A stretch of DNA of 64,000 nucleotides, taken from positions 96,001 through 160,000 of the forward strand of contig JAVZLM010000003.1 in assembly GCA_038883775.1 (NCBI GenBank). The letters run 5' to 3'. Source of the DNA: Candidatus Bathyarchaeia archaeon. GTDB lineage: Archaea; Thermoproteota; Bathyarchaeia; Bathyarchaeales; Bathycorpusculaceae. Under the pieces are notes generated by a model. The model was not told where the DNA came from, searched no databases, and was given only the letters and a program-made list of their open reading frames with translations. Both the position numbers and the translations under genes were made by a program. Positions 58,134 through 64,000 of this stretch are shown here, piece by piece (the first letter of the stretch is position 1; each line of letters starts with the position of its first letter).

Positions 58134-59810
58134 ATGGTGGCGATGCCTATGAAAACAAAATATTTTTTGGTTCTAATCCTAACTGCTTTGCTGTCTGCCA
58201 TGCTCCTCTATGGGTTTTATACCGTTGAAGTCAAAGCGCCAGATGGCGTAGACCAGCCACTTTCAAAAATTTATGAAATAAAAATGCTTTGGAACAATTC
58301 TATGAGCGTATATGACGTGGCAGTTTCAAAAGACGGCAATTATATAGCCGCTGTGAACGAGACTGGCTTGTACTATTTTGAATGGAACATTTCAACCCCA
58401 AAATGGTGGTATCCAGCAACAACAACGACGCTTATGTCTGTGGCCATATCCGCTGACGGCGAATATGTGGTTACGGGCAGCAATGATGGGTATCTCCGTT
58501 ACTTCAACAATTCCCGTGCAACAACTGGTGAGCGCTTAACTCCCACATGGACAAGCATGTGGCTTTTGGGACCCGTGGAAAGGGGCACATTAGACATGTC
58601 AGATGACGGAGAATATATTGTAGGAGGTGGCACGGGACCAAATGTGTGGTATTACGCTGGGTGCACCAGCAGATATGGCGAAGACGAACATTACACATGG
58701 GGTAATTGGCTACCTGTAAATGATATACGAGCCGTCGACATGTCTCCAGATGGCAAATATGTGGCTGTAGGAGGGGAAAACCGTAGCGATTTGCATAATG
58801 GTTTTGTAGCCTTTTACGAAGATGCAAATACCGCATCAGGATACTATGATCCCATTTGGATTGCTCATAGCGCATTAAATTATAGTGGCTGTTACGTAGT
58901 GGATATTGAAGTTTCTGATGACGGTTATGCTGTTGCGGCAGTAACCAACTATGCGACAACTCTCCACTATTGGGCAAACGCCACAAACTTGACAGGCGAC
59001 CCAGAACCTTCATGGAACCATTATGAATCATTTGTCTGCGTAGACATAAGCTCTGACAGCAACGAGGTTATAGCTGGCTCCGATGACCTATACCATGGAG
59101 GATTGTATTTCTGGTCTAATGCAAGGACTTTGTCGGGGTGGATAAGTGAGGACTGGCATAGCCTCAATAGTCAGATATTTGATGTTGCCATAAGTGATGA
59201 TGGCGAGTTAATATGTGCCGCCGCCCGTTTAGGAGTTGCTTCCGAGTATAAAGCGTACTTCCTTAAGGGTAATGGCGAAGTGATAGAAGAATTTGATTTA
59301 CTCCAATTAAGTCCATTGGTTTCTATGTCTGGAAATGGCATTATAACGGCAGTGGCGGGTCCTGGCTATGATAGCCTTTACGTTTTCCAAACTCTAGTGG
59401 ATATTACTCCGCCTTTGATAGAGAATGTGCATCAGCAACCAGCTAACGACAGTGTTTATCCAGAGGATGAGGTTATGGTTTATGCTAATGTTACCGATGA
59501 CCTAAGCGGAGTAAAACAGGTAACGCTAAACTACACTTACACTAATGCCACTGGAACATGGAATGGAACGGTCATCATGGATAATCTTGAAGGAAACCTC
59601 TACAACGGCACAATACCAGCCCTTCCCTACTGCACAAACGTAACCTACATAATCATAGCTGAAGACAACTTCAACAACACAATCACAACCCAAGATTTGG
59701 GACAAGAATACAAGTATCACGTAATTCCAGAATTCTCGTTGCAGCTAATATTTCCAATACTTGCAGCATCCACGATGTTTGCAATTCTGATTCGCAAAAG
59801 AAAACGTTAA
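58134..59810 (+). CDS. Secreted beta-propeller surface protein with Ig-like domain and PEF-CTERM
   Basis: Signal peptide, repeated V.(I/M)S.DG.Y blades, VIPEF + TM + RKRKR. Confidence 0.8.
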   Translation: MVAMPMKTKYFLVLILTALLSAMLLYGFYTVEVKAPDGVDQPLSKIYEIKMLWNNSMSVYDVAVSKDGNYIAAVNETGLYYFEWNISTPKWWYPATTTTLMSVAISADGEYVVTGSNDGYLRYFNNSRATTGERLTPTWTSMWLLGPVERGTLDMSDDGEYIVGGGTGPNVWYYAGCTSRYGEDEHYTWGNWLPVNDIRAVDMSPDGKYVAVGGENRSDLHNGFVAFYEDANTASGYYDPIWIAHSALNYSGCYVVDIEVSDDGYAVAAVTNYATTLHYWANATNLTGDPEPSWNHYESFVCVDISSDSNEVIAGSDDLYHGGLYFWSNARTLSGWISEDWHSLNSQIFDVAISDDGELICAAARLGVASEYKAYFLKGNGEVIEEFDLLQLSPLVSMSGNGIITAVAGPGYDSLYVFQTLVDITPPLIENVHQQPANDSVYPEDEVMVYANVTDDLSGVKQVTLNYTYTNATGTWNGTVIMDNLEGNLYNGTIPALPYCTNVTYIIIAEDNFNNTITTQDLGQEYKYHVIPEFSLQLIFPILAASTMFAILIRKRKR

Positions 59811-59841
59811 AGGCAATTAAAGATAGCAAAGCACCCAATTT

Positions 59842-60069
59842 TTATTGTTGTTTTGGCTCTTGCCACTTCTCGATGATTAACTTGTCGTCTCCAAGCTTAA
59901 AACTCACTTTAACAGCAATAGAATCCGTGCCTCTCTTTGTTTTTGTGAATTCTTTGAATGGAAACATGCTGTCTTGAGCCAAATCAAGCGGTAAATAAAT
60001 CAAGTATTTGCCGTCTTTTCTTCTGAACAAGCGTCCTTTCCCCTCATTAACCATACGTCTCACTCCCAA
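59842..60069 (-). CDS. Small AbrB/SpoVT-like DNA-binding protein
   Basis: GKYLIYLP.DL......PF...KLIIEK swapped-hairpin pattern. Confidence 0.55.
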   Translation of the reverse strand: MGVRRMVNEGKGRLFRRKDGKYLIYLPLDLAQDSMFPFKEFTKTKRGTDSIAVKVSFKLGDDKLIIEKWQEPKQQ

Positions 60070-60154
60070 TTAATTCATATCAGACGGAATTGATTAGCAC
60101 AGAAATTATTTAAATCTTGTTCTTTAATGAAAACATTACTGGTTAAGTTAACCC

Positions 60155-62308
60155 GTGGAGAAGAACATGTTGAAAAGGAGAGTTATATTCGTTTTAGTCG
60201 CGTCTTTGCTTCTTGACTCCCTAATATTACGGTTTCAAGTTTCTCCCGTTTCCAGTTGGGGTAATGGTGGTTATAGTGATAATCCTTCCAACCCAAAATA
60301 TGGGACTCACGATTGGATTGCAGAGCATGCTTTGGATTGGCTACCAAGGGCGGAGAAATGGTTTATTGTTAAGAATCTTGCGGCTTATCTTTATGGCACT
60401 GAATTGCCAGACAATGGCACGATTCTGTATGGTATAGGCGACACTGGTAAGCATCACGTTTACTATTTCAGTAATGGTTCGTTGCAAGATGATGCTTCTG
60501 CAAAGAGGGCAAGAGAGGAATACGATAAGGCTTTTGAACTTTTCAAGAGTGGAGATTTAGCTAATGCCTCCTTAAGGCTTGGCGTCATGACCCATTACAT
60601 TGCTGATTTGGCAGTTTTCGGTCACGTGATGGGTTCCGGCACGGATTGGGGAGCCGAAGTACATCATAGTGATTACGAAAATTATGTGCTTACAAGAACA
60701 GACGCTTATAATGACGAATTCAATGTTTTTCTTAGCTTTGATGGTGAGTTAAGCCAAATTTCCGCTTATGATGCCGCACTTGCGCTTGCTTATGATACAA
60801 CATTTGACTTGGACGGGGATTTAACGTGTGTCTGGATGGACCAAAACTACAATTGGAGCGATACAACTTTTAAGAACCGTTGCGGAGAATCCCTAAACTT
60901 AGCTGTAAACTTGATCGCTGATGTTTTGCACACGTTTTATTTGGAAATGCAAGATGTGGCGCATTTTATTGATGTTCCCTTCCACTACCAAGACGTTGAA
61001 TATTATTGTGGTCCTGCATGTCTTGAAATGGTTTTCGACTATTATGGAGAAGACATAAATCAATCGGAAATAGCGGATGTCGCAAGAACTTTTCCATACG
61101 AGACTTTTACTGATGAATTACGAAGGGCTGCCCACTTCAGCAGCATCAGCATATCCATGGGCGCTGAAATTCCAGACTACAACATTACTGGCTATACTTT
61201 ACGCAGTTTAGGCTACGCAGCCTTCGAAGCGCATAATATGAATTTAAACCAACTTAAACACTACATCGATCAAAACAAACCGCTAATTCTGCTCATGTGG
61301 TATAGCGAAGCCCATGTTTACGGTCATTATCGTGTTGTGACAGGTTACAATGAAACACACATTTTCATGCATGACCCTTGGGTATGGCTTGGGAAATATG
61401 GCGGTCCAAACATTGCGCTTAATTACACTTTATTTTTGGATCTTTGGTCTTACTCCGGCTACTGGGCGCTTTATACTTTGCCATGGATCATAAATGTCTC
61501 AGCACCAACTTATATCAGACCTGAAAAACCTTTCCAAGTAAACGTTACAATCACTTATCCAAAACCGCTTCCAAACGCCTTAAACGATTATGATGCAACT
61601 TCATGTAATGCAACCATAATATTGCCTCAAAATCTAAGCTTAGTTGCTGGAGAGACCCCAAAGAAAACGGTTAGTTCAGGTTTTTTGGAGGCTGGAGCCA
61701 GCACCTCAGTTAATTGGACTTTGGTAGCAGATGATTATGGAGTGTACGCGATTGGCGTTGAGGTTGAGGGTCTGGTTTCGGGCAGCGTTTGGCCTCATGG
61801 AGATTATCCCGCCTACAATTATAATGATAGAATTGGCGCAAAAGCCAACTTCACAATAGAATTTAGGGAAGACAGCCATGCCCCAATTTTAACAAACCTT
61901 ATCAGATTTCCAAGCGGAGATGTGCAACCAGACCAAGAAGTGAAAATTTCAGTCAACGTCACAGACCTTGAAAGTGGAGTAAAAAATGTCACCCTATTCT
62001 ACACAACAAATGATTGGGTTACATGGGAAAACAAAACAATGAACCTAAACCAAACAACAAAATTGTATGAAGCCACAATCCGTGGACAGCCTGCGGAAAC
62101 ATGGGTTAAATTCAAAATAGTTGCTTATGACTATTTAGAAAATAATGCAACCCTTGACGGAACAACGCCGCACTGCATGTACTACGTAATTCCAGAATTT
62201 CCATCCCTTACGGCTTTATTACTCTCCACAATGCTCACAATGCTTTTCAGTGTCTACTTAAGAAGAAAAGAACAAAAACTTCCAAATGCTTTTGTAGACT
62301 GTAATTAA
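60155..62308 (+). CDS. Secreted Zn-dependent phospholipase C/S1-P1-like + C39-like peptidase multidomain protein with PEF-CTERM
   Basis: W...THDWIA, PD, HYIAD...H, H..YE; Q....CGPA, GHYRVVTGY, HDPW; VIPEF + TM + RRK. Confidence 0.8.
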   Translation: MEKNMLKRRVIFVLVASLLLDSLILRFQVSPVSSWGNGGYSDNPSNPKYGTHDWIAEHALDWLPRAEKWFIVKNLAAYLYGTELPDNGTILYGIGDTGKHHVYYFSNGSLQDDASAKRAREEYDKAFELFKSGDLANASLRLGVMTHYIADLAVFGHVMGSGTDWGAEVHHSDYENYVLTRTDAYNDEFNVFLSFDGELSQISAYDAALALAYDTTFDLDGDLTCVWMDQNYNWSDTTFKNRCGESLNLAVNLIADVLHTFYLEMQDVAHFIDVPFHYQDVEYYCGPACLEMVFDYYGEDINQSEIADVARTFPYETFTDELRRAAHFSSISISMGAEIPDYNITGYTLRSLGYAAFEAHNMNLNQLKHYIDQNKPLILLMWYSEAHVYGHYRVVTGYNETHIFMHDPWVWLGKYGGPNIALNYTLFLDLWSYSGYWALYTLPWIINVSAPTYIRPEKPFQVNVTITYPKPLPNALNDYDATSCNATIILPQNLSLVAGETPKKTVSSGFLEAGASTSVNWTLVADDYGVYAIGVEVEGLVSGSVWPHGDYPAYNYNDRIGAKANFTIEFREDSHAPILTNLIRFPSGDVQPDQEVKISVNVTDLESGVKNVTLFYTTNDWVTWENKTMNLNQTTKLYEATIRGQPAETWVKFKIVAYDYLENNATLDGTTPHCMYYVIPEFPSLTALLLSTMLTMLFSVYLRRKEQKLPNAFVDCN

Positions 62309-62412
62309 TCTTTTCCTTTCTGCTTTTTTTCAAAATAATTTTAAATTTTCCTTTTTTATTGTGAAAATTGTTTAAATTTTCCTATTTTCCTTTTTTGTTT
62401 GAGGTTAAGGGT

Positions 62413-62766
62413 TTGGCAAGCGTTTCACCCGATGATGTCCGTGACGTGCTTAATCTCAGTTCGGCTGATGTTCCAGACGCTAAAATTGTTAAGATGATTA
62501 AGCGAGCTGAGGTTACATTGGAGCTTGAGCTCGGAAAAGAAATCGATTATGCCGATTGCACTGAAGCGGAGAAGGAGTTCATAACCGTTTTAGCGGCTAT
62601 TTATGCCATTTGCTATTTGACTGGTGGTTCAGCGGTTGGCTTAAGCTTCAGCCTTGGAGACCAAAACATAAGCGTACTAAGCAAGGCTCCGCCCTTGGAT
62701 GTTTTGCAAGCTGAGCTTGAAAGGATTTTGAATGGCTTAAAAGCGCCTCATGTGGGGTATGCCTAA
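62413..62766 (+). CDS. Head-tail adaptor/connector-like protein
   Basis: SPDDVRDVL...IKRAE helical pattern and SFSLGD..IS; TTG 62413 after GAGGT; module context. Confidence 0.6.
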   Translation: MASVSPDDVRDVLNLSSADVPDAKIVKMIKRAEVTLELELGKEIDYADCTEAEKEFITVLAAIYAICYLTGGSAVGLSFSLGDQNISVLSKAPPLDVLQAELERILNGLKAPHVGYA

Positions 62767-64000
62767 ATGTTCGATGAAGCCTTGAACGTTTATTTGCAGT
62801 TTATCTTGGACAATGCACCATACTTTTATTATGTGCCAGGCTCTGGCGTTTCTGGTGAGCGGGGCGTGGCGGCAGCCGCTTTCGCTATAGACTTTCTTTA
62901 TGAAGCCTATTCTGATAGCCGCTGCATAGCAAAGAAAAGCGAGGTTTATGACAAGATTGTTTCTTTGGCTGATTGGATTTTAACACAACAATGTACGGAC
63001 AATGCCAAAAACGCTTATGGCGGCTTTAAAAGTAGCGAGACAAGCGATTATTACTATGCCGTTGATACTTGCCGTGTTATCCCGTCCCTTTTGAGGGCTT
63101 ACGCGCTGACCAAGGATTTGGATTATTTAAGTGCTGCAAGGCTTGCTGGCTCGACGTTTTTGAAGGCTATGCAGGATAGACAGAGTTATGGCGGTTTTGC
63201 AAAAGCTGTTACCATTAATGGAGATTGGCTTCTGCAGTTGGATATTGAATGTCTTTACGGGCTTTTGGGTTTGAAAATGCTTGCTGAAACCTATGACACC
63301 GATAATGCCAACACTTATCAAGACATGATTGTTAAGCTTGTGGATTTTCTCCGAAGCGGTTTTGAAAACTTTTGGCTATACTATGACCCAGCAGACAATA
63401 AGTGGCATAGAGTTGGAGTGGAAGAAGACCAAGTCTATGATGACTCTTTCGCTTATGCCCTGTTAGGACTTTACAGTTATGAGGGTTGGAGCCCCACAGT
63501 TCAAAGGGTTTATGAAACTTTAAACGCCATTGGACCAAGCGCAGATTATGCTGGATACAACCCAAGTGTTTGTTGGGCTGGCTACATAGATGTTGTCAGG
63601 CGGAAGGCTGCATGCGATTACTATGATAGCGTCTCATGCGGCGTATTGCATGACATTCGTGCAGCAAGGGATAAGCCAAGCCTCGAGTTGAGCGTTCAGA
63701 TTTTGGATAGGCATTATTCTGATTTTATGTTTTGGGGAGTAAAATTCAAAGACTTGAGCCATGTGGAAAACAAGCAAAGTATCATTACGGTTTCTTGGCT
63801 TGGACTTTTGCTTTTGCGTTATTCGCCTAAGCATACGCCTTTTAAGGCAATTTTGGAAAAGTATGGCGAAAACCTAACCTTATACCCAATTTTAGAGGTT
63901 AGCGAAACAGTCTCTTATGGTGAAGGAATAACGCTTAAAGCCATGGTTAAGGTTGAAAACCCAACAGAAATCATTATTGAGCCAGGCTATGCAATAACAG
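62767..64000 (+). CDS. Alpha/alpha-toroid enzyme-like protein with a putative head-closure domain; 3'-truncated and missing from the ORF track
   Basis: ATG directly after the adaptor stop; manual translation is open to the window end (MFDEALNVYLQF...ADWILTQQCTD...YGGF...IEPGYAIT). Confidence 0.75.
   Translation, partial: MFDEALNVYLQFILDNAPYFYYVPGSGVSGERGVAAAAFAIDFLYEAYSDSRCIAKKSEVYDKIVSLADWILTQQCTDNAKNAYGGFKSSETSDYYYAVDTCRVIPSLLRAYALTKDLDYLSAARLAGSTFLKAMQDRQSYGGFAKAVTINGDWLLQLDIECLYGLLGLKMLAETYDTDNANTYQDMIVKLVDFLRSGFENFWLYYDPADNKWHRVGVEEDQVYDDSFAYALLGLYSYEGWSPTVQRVYETLNAIGPSADYAGYNPSVCWAGYIDVVRRKAACDYYDSVSCGVLHDIRAARDKPSLELSVQILDRHYSDFMFWGVKFKDLSHVENKQSIITVSWLGLLLLRYSPKHTPFKAILEKYGENLTLYPILEVSETVSYGEGITLKAMVKVENPTEIIIEPGYAIT

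Larger units (their letters stand above)
53378..64000 (+). mobile_element. HK97-type virion gene module (provirus or domesticated GTA-like element), continuing beyond the window
   Basis: Co-oriented protease, decoration, capsid, portal, holin-like and head-tail genes; no integrase or att site seen. Confidence 0.75.

Noticed and set aside
63127-63834. Short minus-strand ORFs at the window end, and similar antisense ORFs throughout
   Set aside because: They are shadows of longer, motif-bearing genes on the opposite strand.
1-64000. CRISPR array, cas genes, rRNA, IS elements, integrase
   Set aside because: No regularly spaced repeats, rRNA-like segments or transposase/recombinase motifs were seen.

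Overview
Archaeal chromosome segment, most likely Bathyarchaeia or a related TACK lineage. This is inferred from the fused Rpo1, unsplit Rpo2, intron-containing tRNA, PEF-CTERM surface proteins and NitrOD5-like proteins. In order, the window holds: a NikR-controlled Ni/Co uptake operon, nadA, a decayed accessory patch (three pseudogenes and vapBC) next to tRNA-Leu(CAA), and rpo2-rpo1-L30e-nusA. Next come a short hingeless SMC5/6-like gene with kleisin-like and KITE-like partners, a B12 acyl-CoA mutase operon with an isobutyryl-CoA-mutase signature, and a type III PKS-like gene with two thiolase/DUF35 pairs. These are followed by an RPB5-like two-domain Rpo5, tldD/tldE, nrdR-nrdD-nrdG and a PAS/GAF two-component system. 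From 53.4 kb to the window end there is an intact HK97-type virion module (protease, decoration protein, major capsid, portal, holin-like, head-tail adaptor, and a toroid enzyme fused to a putative head-closure domain). Within the window it has no integrase, replication genes or terminase, and host-type surface proteins interrupt it. It is the best candidate for an undescribed system, possibly a domesticated, gene-transfer-agent-like particle. All calls come from reading motifs by eye; no database searches were run.
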